From assembly GCA_951406725.2 (NCBI GenBank), contig OX597825.1:23684001-23748000 (forward strand): a stretch of 64,000 nt of DNA, read 5' to 3'. The DNA is from Octopus vulgaris. Lineage: Eukaryota. Below the pieces are notes generated by a model. It made no database searches. It was not told the origin of the DNA and saw only the letters and a list, made by a program, of their open reading frames with translations. This document shows, in pieces, positions 25,403 to 38,942 of the stretch (within the stretch, counting starts at the first letter, position 1; every line of letters starts with the position of its first letter). The position numbers and the translations under genes are program-made.

Positions 25403-26480
25403 TGTTGTTCATGAATCACATATGAGTTTCTTCTAATCGTTTCTCTCACGTTCCCCTCAAAGTTAACTGCGCTTGGTATGTTATAGCATGTTTATATTCA
25501 GTCTGTTGTTAAGTGTAGGCTATACTTTCGATCCGGCTGTGTACTTGGTTGAATATTTCTATGAGAACTTGAATGGTCTTTCGCTTAATCATTTTCGAAT
25601 TTAGTTCTTCCTTCTTTGTATGTTTTCGATTTCCCAATGTTGCCTTGTTTTTTTTAATTTTTTGCATGTTGGTTTGGATTCCTTAGAATTTATCTGGCTT
25701 TCAAGGCTCATTTGTTTGATATGTGGTCCCCTCTCTTTTGTGCTGTTCTCTTTTGGAGCTTCATGTGTTTTCTATGTGGTGAGTTCTGTTGTCATAACTT
25801 CATTGGTTTGCATTACGTTATCATTTTACGTGCAATTGCTTGAATGTATTTTTATTTTCAGGGAATATCTTTTGTATGAGTTGCTTTATTTCAACTTTGG
25901 GTGGATCCTATTGTTTGTTATGAATTTCTGTAGAGTTTTCACGTTGATACTTTTTCGAATCTTCGTCTTGTTTTCTTTGTTGCTCACAATCTTTTATAGT
26001 GTTTCAATGTTTTACACATAGTACTGGTATGTAATACAAATGTATCATGCCTATGGAATGATCACTCAGCCAACGCTTTCTTACAATTTTATTTCTATAT
26101 TCCACTCTAGCCGTAAAAGTATTTTCTGTTCTTAGTTACGTTTTTGAAAGGAAACCAAATATGTACCATATTATATTGTTTCTGTACCGTAATCCGAATT
26201 ATCTTACGATACGAAACACATTCCACCTCATGATTCAGAAGGTTGAATTTGTTTTTGTTGTTACTTCATTCAATCTCGATATAGTTAATTTGTTTTTGGT
26301 CTTCTGATCGATTTTAGCAGCTCTTGTACATTTGTCTGGTTATTAATTTATCATCTCGGTGGTAGGGAAAATAAAGTTATCTTTGGTTGCAATTTGAACA
26401 CAGTAAAAGAAATATCGTATCAAGACAACCATGTTATATTTTGTCCGACTCTCAACCAGTTCTGTCAAAGCAGTATCTAG

Positions 26481-26525
<45 letters not shown>

Positions 26526-27722
26526 TATATATATTTAGACATAGTAAGATAGATAAAGATAGTTAAACTTGAAACATATTTAGATGGCACACAAAATACA
26601 GATTATGAAATAAGGAAAACTATATATATAGAATATATATAAATTATGTAATATCTTTCGTCGACAGTTGTTTCAAGATGTCGTAACTTACGTAATAACC
26701 ATATTCATATGGCATTTGTGCATGATGTCATAGCTATGCAACCAATGACAAATCCCATTTTCGAGTGCACAATGGCATGTTTAGTTATTCGGTAGGGTAT
26801 CGACATATGGCATGCACATGATGAAAGAAACTAAAAGAAAAAATCTTTCGCATTTCCTTCCTGTTTTTTTTTTTTTATTTTTGTTGTTGATCAGTTCTCG
26901 GAGTCATAAGGTCGGATTTTAACCCGGTTTCCATGAGTAAACTCCCCGGCTGTTGCTAGAACTAATTTACAGCTGCGTGAACAAGAGTCACTTGAAATGA
27001 AGTGGTTTTGCTCAAAAACACAACACACTGCACGGTCTAAGAATCGAAACCACAAACTTAAGATCCTGATTGCAGACTCTGACCACAAAGCCACACACCT
27101 TCATTTTGTATTTTACCTACGTTGTTTTACGCTCTGAAAGCTTAACTCGCTGAAGTCGATTTTGCTTTCCGTTTTTCACGATTAATAAAAGCTGTTCATG
27201 TCAATTATTTCTTTTCTCAAATTTGTAGTTTGTATTAGAATCAGAATTCGATATTTTTCGAAAACTTAGTTTCCGTTAAAAAAAATATCTGTCGTACAGT
27301 ATTTCTAGAACTTCATTGACATGTCACTAGTGATTTTCATCCCGTTTTTTCCCCCCATATTTCTACACACTGCCAATTGATAATGCATTTGATATACTAT
27401 TTAGTAACTGCAATAGCATTATCTCTCACCTACTCCCAATCCCAACTTTTTACACGATCCTATCTGCTTTTTTTATCGCCTTCTCTCTCTCTTAATCTCC
27501 CTCTCTCTCTATCTTCTACTTGTAATGCTATTTGATCCGTTGCTTAAATGGAAACACTACCGAGAGTTAACATAATTATTTACGTAACAACAACAGTAAT
27601 ATCCATTCAAGGACGCTGAATACATAAAGGAGCATAGACACACCGTAAAATACAGGAACGGATATCGAAACAGACATGTGCTTCTGCATACGTATACACG
27701 TAAATCTCTCTCTCTCTCCCTC

Positions 27723-27809
<87 letters not shown>

Positions 27810-27884
27810 GTCTATCTATCCCTTCTTACGCCACGGAGGGTATACAGCCATGGCATTTTACTGATTCCCCCAACCAGTCGCACT

Positions 27885-28917
27885 GGGGTTTGGTGAGAGA
27901 GGTAAATGCTATAACCCTTGTTCGGGGAGCCCAGATGGTGGGAGAAAATGGAGAGAAATGGCAGGTGAGTGAGTTGTTATTTGCTGATGATACAGCACTG
28001 GTGGTGGATTCGGAAGAGCAACTGATGAGACTGGTGGTAGAGTCTGGAAGAGTGTGTGAGAGGAGGAAACTGAAAGTGAATGTAGCTAAGAGTAAGATGA
28101 TGAGATGTTCGAGAGATGAAATGGCTGGTTGGATGGATGTGAGTATAAATGGTGAGATGTTAGAGGAGGTGAGTCTTTTTAAGTGTCTGGGATCACATGT
28201 GAAGTTGGATGGGGGCTTTGGCTGACGAAGTGGGATATAGAGCGATGGAGGGGAGTAAGATACATGGAGTTGTGAAAGCTATGCTAAGATATAAAAGGTT
28301 GAATATGAAAGCGAAAAAAGGTGTGTATGAGGGCGTGATTGTGCCGACAATGTTTTATGATGCAGAGACGTGGGGTCTGAAAGAAGCGGAAAGAAGGTGA
28401 CTAGATGTGTTTGAGAAGAGATGTCTGAGGGATATGGTTGGTGTGACACGGATGCACAGGATCAAGAATGAGGAGGTGCGTAGACGAACAGGAATGAGAG
28501 AAAAACTAAAATGGATAGACGAATGTCGAGGTGGTTAGGCCACATGGAGCAGGTGGTAAGGAGGGTGATGAAAGCTGGAGTGGTAGGTAGCAAAACCAGA
28601 GGCAGACCTCGGTTTGTGTGGATGGATCGAGGAAAACTTTGGTGGGTCGAGGTGTTGGAGTGAGAGAGGCAATAGAGTTTATAAATGACAGGAAAGCTTG
28701 GAGAGTGTTTGCGAATGGATGAGTGAATTTTGATGTTGCTCAAAGGTGTACGGGACCAGCATGATGCGGTGGGGGTAAACCAGCATATGCTGCTGTGCCC
28801 CGCTGCTGATACCGGGGTTGCGTTCTATGCCTTGACCCGTGCATAAAACGGGGCTCACCTCTTTGAGCTGGGAAATGAATGGAATGCCTGATGTGTGTCT
28901 TGTTGTGGCTACGTCCT

Positions 28918-28920
<3 letters not shown>
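27885..28920 (+). mobile_element. 5'-truncated RTE-clade LINE (RT C-terminal half and 3' UTR)
   Basis: LLFADDTALVVDSEEQL..GRVCERRKLKVNVAKSKMM..FKCLGS..VIVPTMFYDAETW..LDVFEKRCLR..TRMHRIKNEEVR..GRPR; stops and frameshifts present. Confidence 0.9.
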
Positions 28921-28968
<48 letters not shown>

Positions 28969-28971
28969 TTG

Positions 28972-29008
<37 letters not shown>

Positions 29009-29031
29009 GTGTATATATATATATATATATA

Positions 29032-29415
29032 CTAGCAGTATCGCCCGGCGTTGCTCAGGTTTGTAAGGGAAATAACTATAAAGCATTTTTAGAGAGTTAT
29101 AGCCAAAAAATAGCAAAAAAATGGAAAAAAAATGATGGTAAATTTTTTTTGAGAGTTAAAAAAGGTGGAGTTGCGTCCCCTAGACGGTCTGTGGCTTGGG
29201 TTTCTGATTCTCGACCCCATGTCGAATTTATCGATTTTTTTCAGAACTGGGGGAACTTTTCAAAATTTTCGCTGCGTTAGTTTTGAATTATGACATTGGG
29301 CTATGTGTGTGTCAAGTTTCATCAGAATCGGTTGAAAGCCGTGGTCAGAGTGAGGGTACGAGAAAACAGACACACAGAAACACGCACAGACAAACTGCCG
29401 TTTATATAGAGAGAG

Positions 29416-29416
<1 letters not shown>
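29032..29416 (-). mobile_element. Non-autonomous Helitron inserted in a (TA)n tract
   Basis: Minus strand 5'-TCtctctatataaacggcag ... cctgagcaacgccggg (hairpin) cgatactg-CTAG-3', flanked by A and T, no TSD. Confidence 0.8.
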
Positions 29417-29505
<89 letters not shown>

Positions 29506-29534
29506 ATATATATATATGTATATATCTATATATA

Positions 29535-29566
<32 letters not shown>

Positions 29567-30514
29567 CAAATAATTTTACTAAGCGGAGTGGAATAATTGT
29601 GTATTTAACTGATAAATTCAATGTCTTCGCTTTTCATTTTCCAAAGTTACTACCTTCGAATTAAAGAGCTTATTTTATTTCTGAAATCAAGCGTAAATCA
29701 AGCATGTTAATCGATTCCAATTAAATAATCATGAAGTTATAGCATGACTCTTTTGAAGGCCAAAATTTTTATTCAGAGACGAAATATATTGAAACCATAA
29801 AGCCACCGGGCGATTATCAAAGCATTCAACTTTGAAGTTTAGTTTGAACTCTTGTTGATTGAGAGAGAATGACGAAGATTCTTTCGAGGAGACGACATCG
29901 TATTAATTCTAATGATTGAGGATATATCGGTCAATCAAAGTTTCATCAGTCTCAGTGTCTCAACAAAATAAGCACCAATAGAAAACATTTTCCGATAATA
30001 TAATTAAATGCTGACTCTACATAGGATTTTCAAATATATTTTGTGGGTAATTATTATACTGAAAAAAAAAAAAAAGAAAAAGGAAAACAAAATGAAATAA
30101 GCAGCTTCAAAAATCAATCGATGAAAGGAATTTATTTTAAAATATACTTTCGAAAACCTCTATTTTAGATGTTAATTAATTCTACTTTATGAAATACAGA
30201 TCAATAATTTACATTGTTTATGTGATTTCCAGCGATTAATATACTTTTAATGAAATTCTGTGACATATAATCATTGAACAGAAAACGTCTGCGCATTAAT
30301 TTGAATTATCACTGTCATTAAATGAATTAAATATGGTACATTTGTTGAAGAGGACAGGAGTTGCTTGTTTTAAACTGATACCAAATACAGGGAAATATGT
30401 GAGGCAACACAGAATCATTTCTATCTGGTGGGATTGTAGAATCATCATTCTATCATCATTCTATTGTTCTAAGAATTAATTTGAATATAAAATAATAAAA
30501 CTATTTACCTTTTC

Positions 30515-30763
30515 CCTTTTATTTGTTTCAGTTATTGGATAGCAGATATGCTGGGGAACCGCCTTGACTGGTTTAGCACGTATTTTATTTCCTAAGTTTA
30601 GTACTTATTCTATCGACCTCTTTTGCCGAACTGCTAAGTTACGCAGCTGTAAACAAACACCCGTCGTCAAGTGGTGGTGAGTGACAAATACAACAAAATG
30701 AAAAGACACACACACATACACACATCGATATGTAATATACATATACATACATACATACATATA

Positions 30764-30795
<32 letters not shown>

Positions 30796-31025
30796 CTTAC
30801 ATACATACTTACATACATATATATATATACATAAACATATACATACATATATATATATATACGACGAGTTTTTTTCAGGTTCCTTCTACCAAATCCCTCC
30901 AAAGGGGTTTGGTCGGCCCAGGGCTATAGTAAAAGACACTCACCCCATGTGCCGCGCACTGCAGCTGAACTTAAGACCACATAGTTGGGAAGCAATCTTC
31001 TCAACCACAAAGCCATGCTTGCACC
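30515..31025 (-). mobile_element. Diverged SINE family A
   Basis: Recognisable head, body and tail with many substitutions. Confidence 0.8.
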
Positions 31026-31554
31026 TAAAGAAGATTAAAACTAAAATAAAAATCGTGATTTTGAATTTCATTAAAATTCTTCAGAAAGTTTTCATGAAAT
31101 CTGCATAAATCTGCATAAATCTTGCATAATTCTACAACCAAACAACTTGTTAGTTCTGAATCTCCGACCGAAATTCCACCTTCGTCTTGTCACCTCTTTA
31201 AAATGTCTACATCGAATTCTTCATTTATTTTGGTAATGTTTCCGTCGTAAAACTCATGTCCAAAGCTTTCTTGAAAGTTGAGCTTTAAAAATCTTTTAGG
31301 AGATTCTGAACGTTGTCCCACGATGTACTTAATGTATAATAGTTAACTATCACATCCTCCTGTCTTTGAATAAAGTATTGGATAATGTAATGCTAAATAT
31401 CAGAATATAGCATTGATAAATGGCATTTCAGGTACAATCTGCCTGATCGGAGCTGACCTAGGGCTGAACAATAACAATAACAATGGCAACGCCATCGACG
31501 CTAACACTTATACCACCATCACCGTGAACTGCGCCAGCGACATCATACATCATG

Positions 31555-31762
31555 TGTTTGTGTATCTCTGTTTGTCCCTCCAACATCGCTTAACAACCGA
31601 TGCTGGTGTGTTTACATCTCCGTAACTTAGCGGTTCGGCTATAAGTGACCGATAGAATAAGTACTAGGTTTACAAAGAATAAGTCCTGAAAGTCGAGTTG
31701 CTCGCCTAAAAGGCAGTGCTCCAGCATGGCCGCAGTCAAATGACTGAAACAAGTATAAGAGT
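31555..31762 (+). mobile_element. SINE family A 3' half
   Basis: caacatcgcttaacaaccgatgctggtg...gactgaaacaagt; an older 3' half lies at about 32640-32840. Confidence 0.85.
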
Positions 31763-32253
31763 AATCGTAGAGTTCTCAACTAGATTTCGATTCATGATTG
31801 AAATCAATTGATTTCATAACTGATAACAACGCATTTGAGAAAAGCATGAATGTCATAAACTCTTCTCCGATAGAAGAATAGTAACAGGTTTCTAAAACAG
31901 TAAAATAGTAGGAGCGTTATATTAAATGAACTACTGCATGTATTTGTATTTTCTCTGGATTCTGACTTCATTTTTCCGTAATGTGTAATTCTGATTTTAA
32001 CGATGATATTCTGCGCTTGTTCATTAGTGAAAAACCTAATTTCGTTTGATTTCATTCTCCTTCTTAGAGTTGTAACTACGTTTTAGCTCTGTATGAACCT
32101 TAATAGCCAAGATAGCAGAGTGTTACGTTCACTCTGTCAACCTACATTTAGAATATTTTTTAAAGATGGCGTAAAGATAATATGCTTGTTAAATGGAAAT
32201 ATTTTAATACTTCTCGAAACTCCATTTATGTTACGCTCTAATAATTTTACTGA

Positions 32254-32272
32254 ATGTATGTATGTATGTATG

Positions 32273-32306
<34 letters not shown>

Positions 32307-32640
32307 TGTATGTATGTATGTATGTATGTATGTATGTATGTATTTATGTATGTATGTATGTACATACATACATACTACGTGTGTATGTTTTTATGTATGT
32401 ATTTATGCATGCATGTATGTATTTATGTCTGTATGTATGTATGCACGCACGCACGTAGTATGTATGTGCATACGTATGTATGTATTTATGTATGTATGTA
32501 TGCATGTATTTATGTATGTATATATGCACGCACGCACGTAGTATGTGCATACGTATGAATGTATGTATGTATGTTTGTATGTATGTATGTATGTATATAT
32601 GTATGCACATACGTATGGATGTATGTATATTTGTATGTGT
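32254..32640. repeat. (TATG)n compound microsatellite with a duplicated higher-order unit
   Basis: gcacgcacgcacgtagtatg recurs at about 32443 and 32526. Confidence 0.9.
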
Positions 32641-33587
32641 GTTGGTGCGTGCCAATGTTTGCCCCGCACTACTACTTGACAACCGTTGTTGGTGTGTTTA
32701 CGTCCCCATAACTTAACGGTTTGGCAGCAGACCAGATAGAGTAAGAACATGCCTTAAAAAGTAAGTACTGTGGTTGATTCTTTCGAATAAACATTCTTCA
32801 AGGCTGTGCCCCAGCATGGCCACAGTCTCCTGACTGAAATGGGGAAAATAATAAAAGATAATTATATCGAATATTTGTTATTTTTGTTAATGTTTTTCTT
32901 TTTTATGTTGTCATTGTTTAAAATCAGATGAAATATAATCGATTAGATCAATAACAAATAATCTTTCCGACGACCACGAGGTCGTCTTTACGTAAACCGC
33001 AGGCTATGCTGTCCAATGCATCCTTCATTACTTCAGACGTTTCAATATGATTTATGAGAGATCTGATCCGAGTGATATTTCTAGCAGTTTATGTGACCGC
33101 CTATAGATTTCACCGTCGACTCATTTATCGATTGTTATGTCCGCTGTCTATAAATATGACGTACATGAGAATATGTACACCTACAATCAAATAAGAATAA
33201 TTAAAATTGCAGCATCTCGAAGCTATGTACGGCACCATGTAATTTTAAGATAAAATTGCAGAAAACAAAAAGAAATGTGACGACGGAAATAGCGATTGGA
33301 AATTACGGAAGCATAAATAACAGTTAATTAAATTAACAACAAATGACATAGTTAAGAATTCGAAAAAAAAAACTAATTAAGTGAGGCAAGAAATTCGCTA
33401 TGACAAATTATTCCACGCTGTACATAATAAAATGTAACATTCTTCTTATCGTAACAAGAGAAAAAATAAAAAACAACAACCGAATATACGTTATTTAGAA
33501 ATGATGTATTTTCTGATATGTCAATTTAAAATTTGTATTATAGAGATTTTCGTTCGATAAAATCTGAACTTGCCGATCGCATTTCCA

Positions 33588-33673
<86 letters not shown>

Positions 33674-33682
33674 CCTACCTAC

Positions 33683-33751
<69 letters not shown>

Positions 33752-33752
33752 A

Positions 33753-33808
<56 letters not shown>

Positions 33809-33820
33809 GTGTGTGTGTGT
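33588..33820. repeat. (TATC)n/(TGTC)n microsatellite
   Basis: Directly visible. Confidence 0.97.
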
Positions 33821-33867
33821 CTGCTGCCTGCTTGTTTATCAAAACATATGTATATATATATATATAT

Positions 33868-34160
33868 ATACATAAATATAGAAGGGAATTTTTTTATCAC
33901 TATTTGGAAACCCTACGCTAGAAGAAGATCCGCTATGGTCTTAACCACTAAGAATTCTTAGTGGTTAAGCCCCTAGCAGATCTTCCTCTAGCGTAAGGGT
34001 TTCCACAGTGGTAAAAAAAAATGTCCTCTTATATTTATGTATGAAATACTATTTACTGAATCTCAGTTTTTTTATATGCTAGACTACTGGTGTTAAAATT
34101 GATGTTATCAAATTAATATCCAATTTTTCATCCTCATTTTGATTTTAATTTTATATATAT
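33868..34160. mobile_element. Spacerless palindrome of a (TA)n-associated element (family of 3060-3440)
   Basis: Centre ttaaccactaagaa|ttcttagtggttaa at 33954/33955; arms about 85 bp. Confidence 0.72.
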
Positions 34161-34285
34161 ATATTTATATATATAAAGGATCAGACCATTATTTAGAATA
34201 ACGATCACATTAAGTGGCCAGCATGGAAAAAACCGTAGAGGTAGTAACTGTTATAGGTATATAATAATATATATATATATATATA

Positions 34286-34469
34286 TATAATTAAGGGTAC
34301 TGAAGAGGCACCACCATGTCAGAAATAGTAGTCAAACCTGACTCTAGAACCACATTATCTATTACATTTATCTTATCACTTGTGCTATATGAACACACGG
34401 TGTGGTTCTTGAGTCAGTTTTGACTCCTATTTCTGGCATAGTGGTGCCTCTTCGGCACACTTAATTATA
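34286..34469. mobile_element. Fold-back element with partial hammerhead-like core in each arm
   Basis: Arms about 34286-34353 and 34402-34469; C(T/C)GAAGA-ggca..tg(t/c)c-a-GAAA. Stems I and III are poorly formed. Confidence 0.6.
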
Positions 34470-34780
34470 ACTATACATATGTGTATATATCAATACGTAT
34501 TTTTATATGTGTGTGTGTGTGTGTGTGTACATAAACACACACATGCACATGTGTATGTGTGTGTGTGTATTGTGTAGTATGTGGATACTTTATATTCTTG
34601 CATAGTTGTATTTAGGTGATTTGATGTATCGGTAACAGACTTCGCTTATGCGTATTCTGCTTATGACTAAGCCAACCCGCATGGGTGGAATTTATTATAG
34701 AGAAGTTCAAAATAATAGTTTCATAAATGGAATTTCAAATTGAAAATAATAAGTTATTTAAAAAAAAAACAGCACGGAAT

Positions 34781-34831
34781 TTTGTCAGTGAACAGGTTGC
34801 AGTCACAAAGCGACGAAAATATTTTGACAAA
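34781..34831 (+). ncRNA. Candidate minimal type-I hammerhead ribozyme with G3-C8 core swap
   Basis: tttgtca-GTGAACA-g-gttgc-agtcacaaa-gcgac-GAAA-atat-TT-tgacaaa: 7-bp stem I, 5-bp stem II, palindromic AATATT stem III. Confidence 0.55.
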
Positions 34832-34931
34832 TTAAATTTAAATGTTGAAGTGAATCTAATGGATTTTGTGTGTTTCTTAAATGGTTTATAAACACCTTCC
34901 ACGCTGCAATTGTTTTCGTTCCAGCACACGA

Positions 34932-35236
34932 ACTTCCTTGTTCCTTCTGGAGCCACGCCTAGCTCATAAGAGCCGGTTTCCCGGTTTCCTTGCTGTATAG
35001 GTTCCCCACCTGGACGGGACACCGGTCCGTCGCAGGTGAGCTGCAAGATGCAGGAGGGAAGAGTGAGAGAAAGTTGTGGCGAAAGAGTTAGCAGATGTTC
35101 GCCATTACCTTCTGCCGGAGCTGCGTGGAGCTTAGGTGTTTCGCTCATAAATACACACAGCGCCTGGTCTGATATTCGAACCAGCGATCCCTCGACCGCG
35201 AGTCCGTTGCTCTAACCTCTAGGCCATGTGCCTCCA
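34932..35236 (-). mobile_element. SINE family C inserted into another repeat, 7-bp TSD
   Basis: cacacga at 34925-34931 and 35237-35243. Confidence 0.9.
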
Positions 35237-35904
35237 CACACGATCTCAGATCAGGTCACTTGCTATGCAAGTACATCTCCGTAAAACCTATCTTCAAATG
35301 TCTTAAGTGACTAGAGAAACAAAAATACAATGCACGCGTGTCACGTTTTGTGTGATGTCACATGTCTGTTTTCCGTTTTCATTGAAGAAAAATACACAGA
35401 TTTTATACTATGTCTACAAGCTGTGTATAATTCTGATTTTGATTTTCGTTGTGGGTAGAAAGTGAAATATGGCATGACATACTTCAGTGAAAAACTAATT
35501 GTTGCGTTTTCAAATGTTACTGAATAAGACGGTGCAGTAATCGTGAAGCCACGTAATGTTGATAGATACACCATTTCACTCCTGCTGCTAAAGGTGCTTC
35601 GTGGACAATGGGAAATGTACACTTTGCATTTGAAGGGCTAAAAACTTGGTAAAAGCGCTCTTAGAGGAGATTTTCTTAGAGAAAGTGCGAAGAGAATTTT
35701 TCAGATGCAGTGACACATGCACTGAATATGCATAGGAAAATACGTCGTGGTTCGGCAAATACAGTTATCTTTTCTTTGGTTTGTCGCGTTCATATTCATA
35801 TATTTAATCAACAAACATTGCCTCAAAGACAACAAATTTCACAATTTATTGAACAAGAACTATATATAAGGCATTTATTCTACGACCTTTGGTACTATGA
35901 GTTA

Positions 35905-36182
35905 TACCTGGCTCATAAGGCCCGGTTTCCCGGTTTCATTGGCATATAGGCTCCTCACCTGGACGGGACGCCGGTCTGTCGCAGGTGAGCTGTACGATGC
36001 AGGTGGAAAGAGTGAAAGTTTTGGCAAAAGAGTCAGCAGAAGTTTGTCGTTACCTTCTGCCGGAGCCGCGTAGAATTTAGGTGTTTCGCTCATAAACACA
36101 CACTTCACCAAGTCTGAGACTGGAACCCGCAATTCCTGGACCGCGAGTCCGCTGCTCTAACCACTAGGCCATGTGCTTCCAT
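35905..36182 (-). mobile_element. SINE family C
   Basis: Near-colinear with 34932-35236. Confidence 0.9.
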
Positions 36183-36217
36183 GCACTCCACCCCACATAT
36201 ATATCAATGCATATAAC

Positions 36218-36655
36218 TATTTCTTTACTACCCACAAGGGGCTAAACACAGAGAAGACAAACAAGGAGAGACAAACTGATTAAGTCGATTATATCGACCC
36301 CAGTGAGAAACTGGTACTTATTTAATCGACCCCGAAAGGATGAAAGGCTAAGTCGACCTCGGCGGAATTTGAACTCAGAACGTAACGGCAGACGAAATAC
36401 CTATTTCTTTATTACCCACAAGGAGCTAAACACAGAGAGGACAAACAAGGACAGACGAATGGATTAAGTCGATTATATCGACCCCAGTGTGTAACTGGTA
36501 CTTAATATATCGACCCCGAAAGGATGAAAGGCAAAGTCGACATCGGCGAAATTTGAATTCCGCCGAGGTCGACTTTGCCTCAAAACATAATGGCAGACGA
36601 AATACCGCTAAGCATTTCGCCCGGCGTGCTAACGATTCTGCCAGCTCGCCGCCTT
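36218..36655 (-). mobile_element. Family-B SINE dimer with 17-bp TSD and a short internal inversion
   Basis: TSD atatcaatgcatataac at 36201-36217 and 36656-36672; hairpin ggcaaagtcgacatcggcgaaatttgaattccgccgaggtcgactttgcc at about 36530-36580. Confidence 0.92.
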
Positions 36656-37475
36656 ATATCAATGCATATAACCGCATACCGCCATACCATATTTAGAGCG
36701 TTCAAAGTTGAAGATTTCTCAGAAGTAAAGTTCCTCATTTAAAGCAGAGTAAATTGATAAACGATATTTAGCTTGCAGAATTCTGAGAAATCACAGACAA
36801 GTTGTGAATATCGAACAACTGATTACTTCAATAGCATTCACTCCAAGCTGTGTGATAAAACACATTATGGTATGCTTGACTGCGAGCTGATAATATTTCT
36901 AATTCTTGGAAAACTGTGGCTGATTTGTAGCAGAATTGTTGCCGCGAGAAAATTGATTAAAAGTATTTATCTTGGTTAACATTTGATCTGACTTTGCTCA
37001 GAAAGTAAAAGTTGTTTTTACTCCGTACGAAATTTGTTTTAAATATATTTATATACATATATATATATCACAACTGGCCCCATCAAACGGATGAATTCGT
37101 CGAAAGTCTTGATGCTTCTAATAACCACACAACCCATCAAATGTACAGATATCTTGTTTGAACTATAAACTTTTGAACTCTATACAAGTTGTATTCCCTC
37201 TTCCTCTTTTCTCCTCTCTCTCTCTTTAATATCCGAAATTTCACTGGTTTAATCTCCAACAGTGCTGAGGAATATCTCTTCGATATATACGGGATAATTC
37301 TAAATATAAATAGGATTAAAGAAGAAGAATGGAGAATTGGTAAGGATATAAAATTAATTTATTAACATACAGGGTGTATGTTAATCCGTTAATTTTATAA
37401 CCTTACCAACTCTCTAACTCTCCATTCTTCAAGTTTATATATACATACATACATACATACATACATACATACATG

Positions 37476-37550
<75 letters not shown>

Positions 37551-37723
37551 GTCGCAAGAAATTTGAAAAGCTAAACGCGAAACCGGTCTTTCTTCTAAAT
37601 TATGTCATTATAAGAGAAAAAAAAATTTTTTTTTAAATCTTTTAATATTCTTCAGACATATTGACGCAAATATATATATTTTTTAACATTTAAGCCTTCT
37701 GTAGTTTTTTCACTTTTTACTAT

Positions 37724-37788
<65 letters not shown>

Positions 37789-38254
37789 GTATGTATATAT
37801 ATATATATGCATATATAAACACACACACACATATTTAGTGCTTTGTTTGGCTATTCGAATCGTTTTTACCTCTATTTCTGGCTATACTTGTACATTTTGT
37901 AGCCTTGTTTATTAATTTGCCTTTAGATCTTCATTGCTAACGGCCCAGCTGTATTATAATATATTTAATATATTATATTATTTTGTTTGATATATTCATA
38001 TAAGTGGGTCGGCTGAAACGTTCAGAGGCTGACCAAGATTTTCTCATGTGACCAAATGATGTTTATTTTTCAACATAGTCCTCCGTGCAAGCAGAAACCT
38101 TCTGCCGGCGAGAGGAAACCCTCCGAGAAGAAGCCTTCGTCATGCTTAAGTTCATTGTGCAGAATATTCTCAACACTCTCACAGGATATGCTAATAGTTT
38201 GGGGTATGTTATTTAAAGGAATTCGCCTGTCATCCATCTACGCGTTTCGTCGGT

Positions 38255-38595
38255 AGTGACAACTGCAGTACGACCAGATGTTGGGTTATATTCAAGTCTC
38301 TTCATTCCTCTCTTCAATCTAGTTGCCCTCTTTTGCACTGTTGATAAATGCCTTAATGTAGCAATCATGTCAGCATGCATGTCCCTAGGGACATTCTGTT
38401 TTTTTATATATATGATAGAAATTATTGTATACGGTGCTCAGGTGCATTACAACTAAAAGGGAAAACCATCAGGTGAACTGTTGGCGAATTTCAGGAATCA
38501 TGGAAGTTTTTCAGCAATTCTAAGCGTGAAAAAATGTTTCCGAAAGTCATGGGTACTGTGTTGTTTTTTTTTCATTTTGTGAGCACGTACACTTG
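38255..38595 (-). mobile_element. CR1-group LINE 3' fragments
   Basis: Minus strand LSTVQKRATRLKRGMKRLEY and RAHKMKKKQHSTHDFRKHFFTLRIAEKLP, typical CR1 RT C-terminal motifs. Confidence 0.7.
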
Positions 38596-38899
38596 GTCGC
38601 GTAAACAAAGAGGTGTGGTTTCGAATCCCACGCGTAGAGGGAAAACTACTTTTTTTCTGTTGAGGGCTTACATACCCCATTATTAGACTATTTTCTTTAG
38701 TCATTGCGCAGTGATCGCTTATAAGTTTTAAGCATATAAAGTACTATGTTTATAGACTATATATATATATATAAATGATAAAAGCTTCATTAGCTAAGGT
38801 CTTTTTCTTATTATCTCTCTTTACTTATCAAACACTTTGCTCTGAAACATACGTATATTGAATTCCAAACCAGGTTATTAATCTCGCAATGGCTAAGCG

Positions 38900-38940
<41 letters not shown>

Positions 38941-38942
<2 letters not shown>

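Noticed and set aside
25440-26021. 133-aa hydrophobic ORF
   Set aside because: T-rich antisense of a purine-rich, stop-ridden relic (possibly old LINE); no splice or domain support.
35341-35622. ORF with FTITAPSYSVTFEN, faintly cadherin-like, and a GTATGT donor
   Set aside because: Lacks DxNDN/LDRE motifs and a convincing acceptor.
38003-38095. Mariner-like terminal remnant
   Set aside because: Short and degenerate, with no partner TIR found.
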